Positions 9,117-16,925 are shown, counted from the first letter of the stretch. The stretch: DNA of 64,000 nt from an uncultured Candidatus Saccharibacteria bacterium (GCA_964608465.1 CAZSNI010000002.1:23273-87272); one strand, 5' to 3'. The notes: generated by a model from the sequence alone, not told the origin. Translations and numbers: made by a program.

Positions 9117-10010
9117 ATGGATTCAAAGCACTCCACAAAAGTCACAGCGTATTTTCTTGTTTTTTCACTTTCAGTATTGTTTATTTACGGACTTATTAAT
9201 AGAAAAAAATTTAGAAATATTGTTAACGCAAATCCTACACCGGCCTTAGTTGTAGAGGCGGTTTTAGACCAACCTGTTTCCGTAGGAACAGACTTGCTTG
9301 GTAGAGCGCAGCTGGGATATGAGGGGGGGACAACTGGTAGGCACAAGAACATTGAGCTTGGAGTTTCTCGAATAGACGGGACGATTTTGCTCCCAGGTGA
9401 AGAATTTTCATTTAAAAAGGAGCTGGGTACAACAACTGTAGAGGATGGTTTCAGTGAGGAAAAAATTTTTCTAAATGGAGAAGTGACAAAGGGAGTTGGT
9501 GGTGGACTTTGCCAAGTTTCTACAGTTCTTTTTAGAACAGCTATGGCTTCTGCACTTCCAATAACCGAAAGAGCTAACCACAGTTTTACAGTTTCTCGTT
9601 ATGACGAAGGTTTGGATGCAACATACTCTGACCCTGGGCCAGACTTTAAGTTTGTAAATGATACTGCCAACCCAATCATGATAAAAGGGAAAACAGAAAA
9701 CCTTACAGCTATTTTTGAAATATATGGAACAAAAGATGGTCGTACAGCCAGTACCTCGCCTGTAGAGATTTCAAACATTAAAGACATTTTGCCAACAAAG
9801 TATGTATGGGTGCCAAAACTAGAAGAAGGTCAAACTAAATGTATCAATGCTCCACAAATTGGTTTTACCGCAAAACTTAAGTACGACATTGTCTATGCAG
9901 ACGGTAACGTTAAAGAAAAAGAATTTGTTTCTAAGTACAAACCTCTTCAAAGAATCTGTTATATAGTCGGGGATGAAATTAAAACCTTTGACATAAATAA
10001 AGTTAAATAA
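9117..10010 (+). CDS. VanW-domain protein (297 aa)
   Basis: N-terminal TM segment and the VanW-type core GGGLCQVSTVLFRTA. Confidence 0.75.
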   Translation: MDSKHSTKVTAYFLVFSLSVLFIYGLINRKKFRNIVNANPTPALVVEAVLDQPVSVGTDLLGRAQLGYEGGTTGRHKNIELGVSRIDGTILLPGEEFSFKKELGTTTVEDGFSEEKIFLNGEVTKGVGGGLCQVSTVLFRTAMASALPITERANHSFTVSRYDEGLDATYSDPGPDFKFVNDTANPIMIKGKTENLTAIFEIYGTKDGRTASTSPVEISNIKDILPTKYVWVPKLEEGQTKCINAPQIGFTAKLKYDIVYADGNVKEKEFVSKYKPLQRICYIVGDEIKTFDINKVK

Positions 10011-10076
10011 CAATAGACATAAACATTTTCCTTTTATAAACTAGTACGGGTTGTACACAAAACAGGAGTGAGTCGA

Positions 10077-10337
10077 ATGAACGATATCCCAGGAGAGAAG
10101 ACTCAGGGTGGTGAGGAAGCGGCACCACTTCAAGGTGAGAAGGTGGTGAGGCGTCTCCCGCAAGAGATGAATGGAGCCACAATCGAAACTATCGTCGAGA
10201 TAGTGGCGCGGAACACCCAACAATCCGTCACTTGGAGGGTCGTTGACGGTGAACCTACGGTTTTCACCACCGGCGACGTGTACGCTGTTCTGCGGGAGCT
10301 TCGGCACAAGCTTCCTCGCGAATATCGGCGAACATAG
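10077..10337 (+). CDS. GC-rich cassette A, ORF A1: hypothetical 86-aa protein
   Basis: ACAGGAG SD 8 nt before ATG 10077 (the ORF track starts at GTG 10068). G/C-ending codons contrast with the flanks. Confidence 0.55.
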   Translation: MNDIPGEKTQGGEEAAPLQGEKVVRRLPQEMNGATIETIVEIVARNTQQSVTWRVVDGEPTVFTTGDVYAVLRELRHKLPREYRRT

Positions 10338-10399
10338 ACGCTCCGACAATTTTTTCAGCCTCGATGCTACGTGCATCGGGGCTGTCGCTTTATAAACTA

Positions 10400-10427
10400 T
10401 TGACAGGAGAAATAATCGGTATATCAT
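10400..10427 (+). promoter_or_regulatory. Sigma70-type promoter of ORF A2
   Basis: TTGACA (10400-10405), 16 nt, TATCAT (10422-10427). Confidence 0.55.
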
Positions 10428-10457
10428 TTTTATGGGGTAACACAGGAGGGTAACGAT

Positions 10458-10700
10458 ATGTTTCGTGATGCGGATGTACGTCGTTCAGTCGCAAATGAGA
10501 TGTCAGTTCTCGCAATGCAGGGTCTTTCAACTTCGGATGCCGTTACTTTCGGCAACCGTAGTGCTCGACTCGCCATCGCAAGGACTGAAATCTGGAGTGG
10601 CGGAAGGGGTAACGGAACCCTGAACGTCGATCTCGACTGCACGGGGTGCATGCTCGTGAGTACGTGTCCTGGGGACAAATGTCCCCGTAAGGACTGCTAG
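10458..10700 (+). CDS. GC-rich cassette A, ORF A2: hypothetical 80-aa protein with Cys-rich C-terminus
   Basis: ACAGGAGGG SD 7 nt before the ATG. C-terminal sequence LDCTGCMLVSTCPGDKCPRKDC. Terminator follows. Confidence 0.55.
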   Translation: MFRDADVRRSVANEMSVLAMQGLSTSDAVTFGNRSARLAIARTEIWSGGRGNGTLNVDLDCTGCMLVSTCPGDKCPRKDC

Positions 10701-10719
10701 CTAGTCCGATTTTCGTTTT
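10691..10719 (+). terminator. Terminator of cassette A
   Basis: GGACT-GCTAGCT-AGTCC hairpin overlapping the A2 stop, then GATTTTCGTTTT. Confidence 0.55.
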
Positions 10720-10816
10720 CCGTGTTGGATGTTCCGTAAGTGTGATTAGGCGCGCTATCCCAGGCGTGCCTTCACTTTGCCCAAAATTTTTGCGAAAAAA
10801 CTTTTTTAAGAATAGA

Positions 10817-11305
10817 ATGAAATATATGTGGGAAAGAAATTTTACTAAATGGGTGGGGTCTAGAACTTCGGTTGTGTTACACACAATTTTTTTTCTCGCT
10901 ACATTCTCAATGATTTTGTTTGGCTTTAATACTGAGACTGTTTTACTCATACTTACCACCGTTGTTTCTCTTGAGGCAATTTATCTTTCTATTTTTATAC
11001 AGATGACAGTAAATCAGAACACAGAAAGTCTAGAAATAGTCGAGGAAGATCTGGAAGATATCGTAGAGGAAGTCGGGGAGATTTCAGAAGATATTGACGA
11101 GATTCAGCATGATGTGGATGAAATTCAGGAAGATGTTGAAGAGATTTCGGAAGATGTGGAGGAGATTCAGCACGATGTGGATGAAATTCAGGAAGACGGT
11201 GAGCAGGAGGATATTGAATCAAAAAAAGATAATCAGAAACTTGAAAATATTGAAATCATTTTGAAGAAGTTAATTGTGGAGATAGAAAACTTAAAGAAGA
11301 AATAA
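10817..11305 (+). CDS. DUF1003-like two-TM membrane protein with acidic repeat tail (162 aa from ATG 10817)
   Basis: WVGSRTSVVLHTIFF...VVSLEAIYLSIFIQMTVNQ resembles the DUF1003 core. The upstream part of track ORF 10742 lies in cassette A terminator DNA. Confidence 0.55.
   Translation: MKYMWERNFTKWVGSRTSVVLHTIFFLATFSMILFGFNTETVLLILTTVVSLEAIYLSIFIQMTVNQNTESLEIVEEDLEDIVEEVGEISEDIDEIQHDVDEIQEDVEEISEDVEEIQHDVDEIQEDGEQEDIESKKDNQKLENIEIILKKLIVEIENLKKK
11099..11200 (+). repeat. In-frame 63-nt tandem repeat (about 1.6 copies) encoding EIQHDVDEIQEDVEEISEDVE
   Basis: GAGATTCAGCATGATGTGGATGAAATTCAGGAAGA at 11099 recurs at 11162 with 1 mismatch in 35 nt. Confidence 0.8.
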
Positions 11306-11331
11306 ATTATATAGTTTGATATAATTTCAGA

Positions 11332-12168
11332 ATGAAAATTGTAAAAAAAGTTTTTCTTTCTCTGCTAGCAGTAATTATTTTGTTTGTTTTCTGGCAAGTT
11401 ACAAAAAAAGTTCCATTGGAGGGTGATTGGAAACAGCATTTAGATATTATTTCAAAGGCAGAGTTTAATGGCGACAAAGTAACAGTAAAGAATGTCAGAA
11501 ACTACCGCTATGGCCCTACAGAAGCAGATATGCATCCTGCATATTATGACAGAACTTATGACCTGAACGGCGTCAAAAAAATCTGGTACGTTACTGAACC
11601 TTTCAATGAGAATCAAATGGCGGCGCATACTTTTGTTTCATTTGAGTTTGATAATGGAGATTTTCTTGCGATAAGTATTGAAGCTAGAAAAACTAAATCT
11701 CAAGAATACAGTATTTGGAAAGGCGCAATGCGTACATATCCACTTGTGTATGTAGCTGCGGATGAAAGAGACGTCGTGCTTTTGCGCGCAAACCTCAGAA
11801 AAGACCAAGTGTATGTGTATCCTATAAAACTATCTAAACCAGAGAACGCTAGGTTGCTTTTGGTTGATATGCTCACCACTATGAACGAGCTAACAACAAC
11901 AAAACCACAATGGTATAACACTTTGTTTGCAAATTGTACTTCGGCAATTGCAAAACATGTAAATAAATTAAGTCCAGATAGAATTTCTAAGTTCTCATGG
12001 CAACTTTGGCTCACAGCATCTGCAGATGAACTTGCACTAAAGTCAGGGCTAATAGATACGGATTTGAGCATAGAAGAAGCAAGAAAGATGTATAATATAA
12101 ATGTTGCGTCTGAAAAAGCAGGGGATGTAGCCACATACTCGCAAGACATTAGAAAATTTAAAAAATAA
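11332..12168 (+). CDS. Membrane-anchored protein, DUF4105-like (278 aa)
   Basis: N-terminal TM segment and a KVTVKNVRNYRY motif reminiscent of DUF4105/Lnb N-terminal domain. Family call is tentative. Confidence 0.5.
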   Translation: MKIVKKVFLSLLAVIILFVFWQVTKKVPLEGDWKQHLDIISKAEFNGDKVTVKNVRNYRYGPTEADMHPAYYDRTYDLNGVKKIWYVTEPFNENQMAAHTFVSFEFDNGDFLAISIEARKTKSQEYSIWKGAMRTYPLVYVAADERDVVLLRANLRKDQVYVYPIKLSKPENARLLLVDMLTTMNELTTTKPQWYNTLFANCTSAIAKHVNKLSPDRISKFSWQLWLTASADELALKSGLIDTDLSIEEARKMYNINVASEKAGDVATYSQDIRKFKK

Positions 12169-12170
12169 AT

Positions 12171-12599
12171 ATGATCAACGAAAAAACAATGAAATTTATT
12201 AGAATATTTCTTTTAGTTCTAATAATTATCGGTATCGGTTTACTTTTAACTCAGAATACTTGGGTTCCAAAACTTACGAACTATATTTTAAAAGACGAGT
12301 TGTTGGCAAATAACACAAAGACTGGCTCACGATGGACTGGAAAAATTGATTCAGTAAAAACAGATTGCATATTCGACGGTATTTGTAGTGTGACTGTTTC
12401 TGGGGTTGAAGTTGTGGTTGTGCAAGGCATGGTTGCTTTGCAGGAGGGTGAAGAGGTGGGACAGTTGCGAGATGTTGAGTCAGTTTCCGATATGCAAAAG
12501 TATATAGGTAAAGAAGCAAATGTTTTTGCTAGAAAAATAAGTAGTAATTTATTCACACTTTACGGTAATCAAGAATTTTTCATAGAGCTGAAGAAGTAG
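12171..12599 (+). CDS. Hypothetical membrane-anchored protein (142 aa)
   Basis: ORF with an N-terminal TM segment; terminator follows. Confidence 0.55.
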   Translation: MINEKTMKFIRIFLLVLIIIGIGLLLTQNTWVPKLTNYILKDELLANNTKTGSRWTGKIDSVKTDCIFDGICSVTVSGVEVVVVQGMVALQEGEEVGQLRDVESVSDMQKYIGKEANVFARKISSNLFTLYGNQEFFIELKK

Positions 12600-12613
12600 C
12601 CACAATATATATT

Positions 12614-12644
12614 TTTAAAAATAGACAGAAATGTCTATTTTTTA
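12614..12644. terminator. Bidirectional terminator
   Basis: AAAAA-ATAGACA-GAAA-TGTCTAT-TTTTTT. Confidence 0.7.
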
Positions 12645-12647
12645 AAC

Positions 12648-12677
12648 TTGACTTTTTCATTCTATATGTGATATAAT
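12648..12677 (+). promoter_or_regulatory. Promoter of cassette B with extended -10
   Basis: TTGACT (12648-12653), 18 nt, TGATATAAT (TGn + TATAAT at 12672-12677). Confidence 0.6.
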
Positions 12678-12683
12678 TCGCGC

Positions 12684-12842
12684 AGTAAGGAACATTGAAA
12701 ACACATATCGGAACCTCCAATCCTCCATACAGGTCAGCAGTTGCTGGCACAGATGGAGGAGGGGGGCAATCTGATGTTAAGCAACATTGGACTGATTCTT
12801 GTCAGAATCAGCTAATAAAAAACCCACCTCTAAACCAAAGGT
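12684..12842 (+). promoter_or_regulatory. Structured ~160-nt leader of cassette B with SD-sequestering hairpin and 13-codon uORF
   Basis: CCTCCAT (12722-12728) pairs with ATGGAGG (12753-12759), part of GGAGGAGGGGGG. uORF ATG 12774 to TAA 12815 encodes MLSNIGLILVRIS. Hairpin CTGATTCT-TGTC-AGAATCAG lies inside the uORF. Confidence 0.4.
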
Positions 12843-13022
12843 ATGAAAATACTTCGAGTCATCGGGTTAGGGATGCTTATCATCACATTGAAGTTCCTGA
12901 CCCCAAAGATTTTCTCTGGGATCGAGAATACCCTTCTGGTGTTCTTTGATTCCATGCAGACTGTGCTAGAAAGAACAAGCACGTCGCAAACTGCCGGATT
13001 CTTCCCTGGACTCCCGCAGTAA
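12843..13022 (+). CDS. GC-elevated cassette B ORF: 59-aa small membrane protein
   Basis: Own translation: MKILRVIGLGMLIITLKFLTPKIFSGIENTLLVFFDSMQTVLERTSTSQTAGFFPGLPQ. One codon below the ORF-track cutoff. SD is weak (AAAGG). Terminator lies 9 nt downstream. Confidence 0.4.
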   Translation: MKILRVIGLGMLIITLKFLTPKIFSGIENTLLVFFDSMQTVLERTSTSQTAGFFPGLPQ

Positions 13023-13030
13023 CCCAAAGC

Positions 13031-13068
13031 AACCGGACGCTCATGCGTTCGGTTATTTGTTTGTCTTT
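13031..13068 (+). terminator. Terminator of cassette B
   Basis: AACCGGACGC-TCAT-GCGTTCGGTT followed by ATTTGTTTGTCTTT. Confidence 0.65.
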
Positions 13069-13187
13069 GTAAGGCATTTTGTTCTAAATCGTCTATATAA
13101 TGTAAGCCAAAGTGTGTGGATAATATTCCCTAAATGGACTTTTGGTTGTATAATTTTAAGGTAGAAATTACAAATTAAAAATCAAAA

Positions 13188-14069
13188 ATGAAAAAAATAT
13201 TACTAATGAGTTTTTTGGGTGTTTTATTCTTTAACACCGCTTCTGCACATGCGACTATTTTAGTTGAAGTGCCATCTACTTTTGTTTTAAAAGTTGGTGA
13301 GGGTGCTGGGGTTAAGAATTATCAAAACATGGAGATTGATTTTCAATCTATACAAAATGATGACAGTGAATGTAAAAAAGGCACAACACCATGTCCACTA
13401 GGAAATCCAGTAAACACATCAAACCCTAGAAAGGAGGTTGTACTTTATGTAACTACTCCGGGTGGTTGTGGACCTGACGCTGATTCTAGGTGTTTAGGTG
13501 CTCCAGGGTTTGCAAATACATTTACTATCAATGAAGGAGATAGTGAAGATGTTCTTGGGATTGAGATCTTTGTATCAAATGTAACAGACAACTCTGCAAC
13601 ATTTAGAATCGCAATGAAAACAAATGACTCAGATGATGATTCAGATGATAAAGTTATCAAGCCTATGCCTCCAGTGATAAAAGTCACTTCAGTTACTGGT
13701 GCACAAGGCACTATAAACCGTGTGGATAAAATTATCATTTGCCCAAACGGTGAAAGTGATGACAACTGTTCAGTTTGTTCAAAGGGTGAGTGTAAGCCAG
13801 AGACAACACCTGCTAGTCCACGAAAACTAGGTGAGCCAGTTAGCGTCACAAATCCTCCAGTTTTTGAACTTAAGGGCGACGAGACGCTTGTTTCAGCTGT
13901 TAAAGTGGAAGGAAATGCCAGTTCTACTGCTGGATATGAAATAAAAGCTAAAAGAAAAGCTAGACTACTGTTTTTGTTCCCAGTTAATCCAGAAATAAAA
14001 TATTCTGTAAATGCTAGTGGAACAGCGTCTGTATCGGCAAGACCTTGGTGGAACTTTCTAGCGTGGTAA
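13188..14069 (+). CDS. Secreted hypothetical protein (293 aa)
   Basis: Signal peptide MKKILLMSFLGVLFFNTASAHA, a Cys-containing mature part and a DSDDDSDD acidic linker. Confidence 0.6.
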   Translation: MKKILLMSFLGVLFFNTASAHATILVEVPSTFVLKVGEGAGVKNYQNMEIDFQSIQNDDSECKKGTTPCPLGNPVNTSNPRKEVVLYVTTPGGCGPDADSRCLGAPGFANTFTINEGDSEDVLGIEIFVSNVTDNSATFRIAMKTNDSDDDSDDKVIKPMPPVIKVTSVTGAQGTINRVDKIIICPNGESDDNCSVCSKGECKPETTPASPRKLGEPVSVTNPPVFELKGDETLVSAVKVEGNASSTAGYEIKAKRKARLLFLFPVNPEIKYSVNASGTASVSARPWWNFLAW

Positions 14070-14090
14070 GGCTAACTTAAATAGGTAAAC

Positions 14091-14118
14091 AAAAAACTGA
14101 CACAAGTGTCAGTTTTTT
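14091..14118. terminator. Bidirectional terminator between convergent genes
   Basis: AAAAAA-CTGACA-CAAG-TGTCAG-TTTTTT. Confidence 0.7.
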
Positions 14119-14119
14119 G

Positions 14120-14914
14120 TTATAGATACTTTTTAATGTTTCTTTTATGCTCCTCGTAGGTTTTAGCACAGTGAATTTGTCTTTTTTTATCGTGAAGATA
14201 AAACAAGCAAGAAGTCTTCTGAGGATTGTACGCGGCGTCTATAGCCGCGAGCCCAGGATTTGCTATTGCTGATGGCGGTAATCCTTCTTCGGCGTATGTG
14301 TTGTATGGAGAATCTATAAATTTATCTTTAGAGTATACCTGTTTCCACCATCCTTCTTCTTCGCTACCTTTGGCATACTGAAGTGTCGCGTCCATTTGTA
14401 GTTTCATGCCTATCCATAGTCTGTTCCAAATGATTCCGGAAATAAGCTTCATATCACTTTTTCCTCCTGCCTCTCTTTGTATAATTGAAGCGATTTTTAT
14501 CGCAGTGTCCTGGTTCACTACCTGCATAGTTTTCTGTTTTTTAATCGTAGAAGTTTCTTTACTAAATTGCTTTAGCATTTCTGCAGTTACTCCCATAGGG
14601 TCTTCATCTTTACTTAGTAAATAAGTTTTAGGGAAGTAGCGACCTTCTAGGTTTTCGCTGTTTAAAGCCAAGTGAGCATTAATAAAATAGTCTTTCTCTT
14701 TTTCGTTCCAACCAAGTTTGTCCGCCATCACTTCAGCGATCTCTTCTTTTCTTAGTCCTTCCTGTATTTTTACTATTCTGACTGTTGGATTTGCTAGGCT
14801 TTGATAAAAATCTAAAGAGCCAAGTAGTTTAAAATCTAAATTGTAGTAACTCATCATGCTAATCAAACCTCCCACAGACATTGTAAAAAATATAATAGTC
14901 GTTCTCCAAGACAT
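14120..14914 (-). CDS. mltG: Endolytic murein transglycosylase MltG/YceG-like (264 aa)
   Basis: YceG-type C-terminal motifs: LQMDATLQYA, DSPYNTYAEEGLPPSAIANPGLAAIDAAYNP and HCAKTYEEH. Confidence 0.75.
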   Translation of the reverse strand: MSWRTTIIFFTMSVGGLISMMSYYNLDFKLLGSLDFYQSLANPTVRIVKIQEGLRKEEIAEVMADKLGWNEKEKDYFINAHLALNSENLEGRYFPKTYLLSKDEDPMGVTAEMLKQFSKETSTIKKQKTMQVVNQDTAIKIASIIQREAGGKSDMKLISGIIWNRLWIGMKLQMDATLQYAKGSEEEGWWKQVYSKDKFIDSPYNTYAEEGLPPSAIANPGLAAIDAAYNPQKTSCLFYLHDKKRQIHCAKTYEEHKRNIKKYL

Positions 14915-15006
14915 ATGAATATTGTATCACATTTTTTGCATATTTTTGCACAAAAAACTCAAAATAATGTGGACTTCTGAATATTTTATTGATAATATGT
15001 GAATAT

Positions 15007-15231
15007 ATGTCAATAAAATCCTTTTTTATGAGAAAGTTACTTGCTTCAAAAATGCAAGGTGTGCCACAAGCAGAACAGGAGAAAGTTTTTGCAATGCTTG
15101 AAAAGAACCCACAGCTATTTGAAAAAATCGGACTGGAAGTGCAGGAAGAAATGAAAAAGGGCAAAGACCAAATGAAGGCAACTATGGAAGTTGTAAAAAA
15201 ATACGAAGCTGACCTAAAAGGTTTGATGTAG
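15007..15231 (+). CDS. Hypothetical small protein (74 aa)
   Basis: ORF taken from the internal ATG at 15007. Lys/Glu-rich helical sequence with no motif. Confidence 0.4.
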   Translation: MSIKSFFMRKLLASKMQGVPQAEQEKVFAMLEKNPQLFEKIGLEVQEEMKKGKDQMKATMEVVKKYEADLKGLM

Positions 15232-15272
15232 TGATTCTAGTTTTGTGTTCGATTCAATAATTTCTTTACATA

Positions 15273-15845
15273 ATGAAAAAAGTCTACATTCTTGCGGGAC
15301 ATCCAGATACACAAAGTATGTGTAACGATTTGGCAGCTGCGTATGGAAAGGGAGCTACTTCTACTGGAAATGAAGTTAGACTCACAAAACTTTCAGAAAT
15401 GAAGTTTGATCCAATACTTCACTGTGGTTATAGGTGCATCCAAGAACTAGAGCCGGACTTAAAAAAATTTCAGGAGGATGTTAGATGGTGTGATCACTTT
15501 GTTATCATCTACCCATCGTGGTGGTCTACTATGCCAGCATTACTAAAAGGACTTTTTGATCGTGTGTGGTTGCCTGGTTTTGCATATAAATTTTTACCAA
15601 ACGGTTTGGGGTGGAATAAGTTACTAAAGGGGAGAACTGCAAGAATTTTCGTTACTTCTGACTCGCTTCCTATACTTGCGAGGTTTCTTTTTGGTGATAA
15701 TACAAACGAAATACAAGATGGAATTCTTTGGTTTGCAGGTTTTAATGCAAAAGTTCATAAAGTAGGACCGATGAAGAAGATTTCAGAAGAAAAGAAGGGA
15801 CAGTGGGCTAAAAAGTTTGAGGCATTTGGTGAGAAAGTGTATTAA
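15273..15845 (+). CDS. NAD(P)H dehydrogenase (quinone)/flavodoxin-like fold protein (190 aa)
   Basis: MKKVYILAGHPD...HFVIIYPSWWSTMPALLKGLFDRV is typical of the Flavodoxin_2/KefF-like family. Confidence 0.7.
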   Translation: MKKVYILAGHPDTQSMCNDLAAAYGKGATSTGNEVRLTKLSEMKFDPILHCGYRCIQELEPDLKKFQEDVRWCDHFVIIYPSWWSTMPALLKGLFDRVWLPGFAYKFLPNGLGWNKLLKGRTARIFVTSDSLPILARFLFGDNTNEIQDGILWFAGFNAKVHKVGPMKKISEEKKGQWAKKFEAFGEKVY

Positions 15846-15864
15846 GTTTCTCCTATAAAAATAC

Positions 15865-15893
15865 TTGACAATCTAGTTTTAATATGATAGGGT
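15865..15893 (+). promoter_or_regulatory. Promoter of cassette C
   Basis: TTGACA (15865-15870), 17 nt, TAGGGT (15888-15893). The -10 element is weak. Confidence 0.4.
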
Positions 15894-15956
15894 TCTGTCA
15901 GAGTCACCAAGAATGGTGATGTCGATTCAGAGCCTAGAGGCTCATGGAGTGTTCAG

Positions 15957-16823
15957 ATGAAGATGTCCAGTTTCGTCATTGCGTTGGCCATGTTGGCTAC
16001 CGCAAGCGCCGCAAGCGCACAGTCGTCCGCGAAGATCGGTGACCTGGTTTCCGGAGTTCCGGTCGCTGGCGACCTCGTCGTCTGCAACTGGAACGGAAGC
16101 AACGTCGACGCCGACTACAAGATCGACAAGGCGGGTTCGCCCACCGTGTCGCTCCTCGTTTCGCCCAACACGTGCAAGAAGGCGGGCGAAGCTCCGACGC
16201 TCACGTTCGTCACCTTCACGGTGCAGAACATCGCGGCCGGACGGCAGGGGATGAGTCACCTCGCAACTGGCAACGGCCAGACGCAGGTCAACTTCCCCGG
16301 AAACGCTGTCTCGCTCACGATGAACTGCGCCAATGGCTTTCGGGTCATGGCGTCACACACCGTCACCGCGCTGACTGGTCCCGCCGGTCCGGCCGGCCCC
16401 CAGGGTCCGGCAGGTCCGACAGGCGCAACAGGTGCCACCGGTGCCACTGGCGCGAAAGGCGACCCGGGTGACGTTCTGACCTGGCCGACCATGGCTCCCG
16501 CATCCGTCGATTTGGGACTCCCGATGGTTCTTCCGAAGCCCTTGTCCCTGACCATTCCGAGACCGGAGGGCGTGCATGATCTGCTCTACTACTGGTCGCA
16601 GTACAGGGTGGCGATTCGTTGGAGCTTCAACCTCGATGGGTCAGTCAAGTGTCGACAGGTGGACTGGAGTTTTCATCCGGAACACGCCTTCGACACTCTC
16701 CAGGCCCTCACCATCGGTGTTCAGTGGTGGGACTCGAGTTCGGCGAAGGGTGGTCCCTGGCCGATTGCATGGAACGTCAACATTCCGTGCAACACTTCAC
16801 TCCTGACGCCAGGCAAGTACTAG
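15957..16823 (+). CDS. GC-rich cassette C ORF: secreted protein with collagen-like Gly-X-Y tract (288 aa)
   Basis: Signal peptide MKMSSFVIALAMLATASAASAQ. GPAGPAGPQGPAGPTGATGATGATGAKGDPGD is encoded at 16377-16472. GGAG lies 7 nt before the ATG. Hand count gives 39/60 GC at 16021-16080. Confidence 0.75.
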   Translation: MKMSSFVIALAMLATASAASAQSSAKIGDLVSGVPVAGDLVVCNWNGSNVDADYKIDKAGSPTVSLLVSPNTCKKAGEAPTLTFVTFTVQNIAAGRQGMSHLATGNGQTQVNFPGNAVSLTMNCANGFRVMASHTVTALTGPAGPAGPQGPAGPTGATGATGATGAKGDPGDVLTWPTMAPASVDLGLPMVLPKPLSLTIPRPEGVHDLLYYWSQYRVAIRWSFNLDGSVKCRQVDWSFHPEHAFDTLQALTIGVQWWDSSSAKGGPWPIAWNVNIPCNTSLLTPGKY

Positions 16824-16856
16824 CCTCGCGGCGCTCGCGCCGTTCGTTCATTCTTT

Positions 16857-16897
16857 CCGGCCCCGTGCAGCACATGCTGTAGGGGCCGGTTTTCTTT
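16857..16897 (+). terminator. Terminator of cassette C
   Basis: CCGGCCCC...GGGGCCGG 8-bp stem followed by TTTTCTTTT. Confidence 0.7.
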
Positions 16898-16925
16898 TAC
16901 ACAAAATATTTAGTATTATTAATAT

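Noticed and set aside
10041-10959. Minus-strand ORFs 10041-10427, 10430-10678 and 10543-10959 antisense to cassette A
   Set aside because: No SD or promoter on that strand. Arg/Ser/Pro-rich shadow translations. The plus-strand ORFs have SDs and a terminator.
12695-12949. 84-aa track ORF (TTG start) across the cassette B leader
   Set aside because: No SD. It starts inside the predicted leader hairpins and reads through the uORF and the start of the 59-aa ORF in another frame. Gly/Pro/His-rich low-plausibility sequence.
12684-13068. Island B as a housekeeping ncRNA (RNase P RNA, tmRNA, SRP RNA) on either strand
   Set aside because: No GGAAAGUCC/ACAGAA-CGGCUUA (RNase P P4), no tmRNA 5' GGGG.../3' T-arm-CCA or tag ORF, and no SRP GGAA-tetraloop/AGCA motif found by eye. 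A promoter, SD, small ORFs and a terminator explain it better. An Infernal scan would be decisive.
14859-15164. 101-aa minus-strand ORF overlapping the mltG start and the 15007 ORF
   Set aside because: Low-complexity Phe/Ser/Cys-rich translation of an AT-rich promoter region. It overlaps two better-supported genes.
13188-16823. Diversity-generating retroelement idea (variable C-termini in secreted proteins 13188-14069 / 15957-16823)
   Set aside because: No reverse transcriptase gene in the window, and no template/variable repeat pair could be found by eye.
15942-16882. Seven overlapping track ORFs on both strands inside the collagen-like gene (e.g. 15979-16254, 16172-16471, 16256-16555 minus)
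   Set aside because: These are typical stop-poor shadow frames of high-GC DNA. Only 15957-16823 has an SD, a signal peptide and full-length coverage between promoter and terminator.
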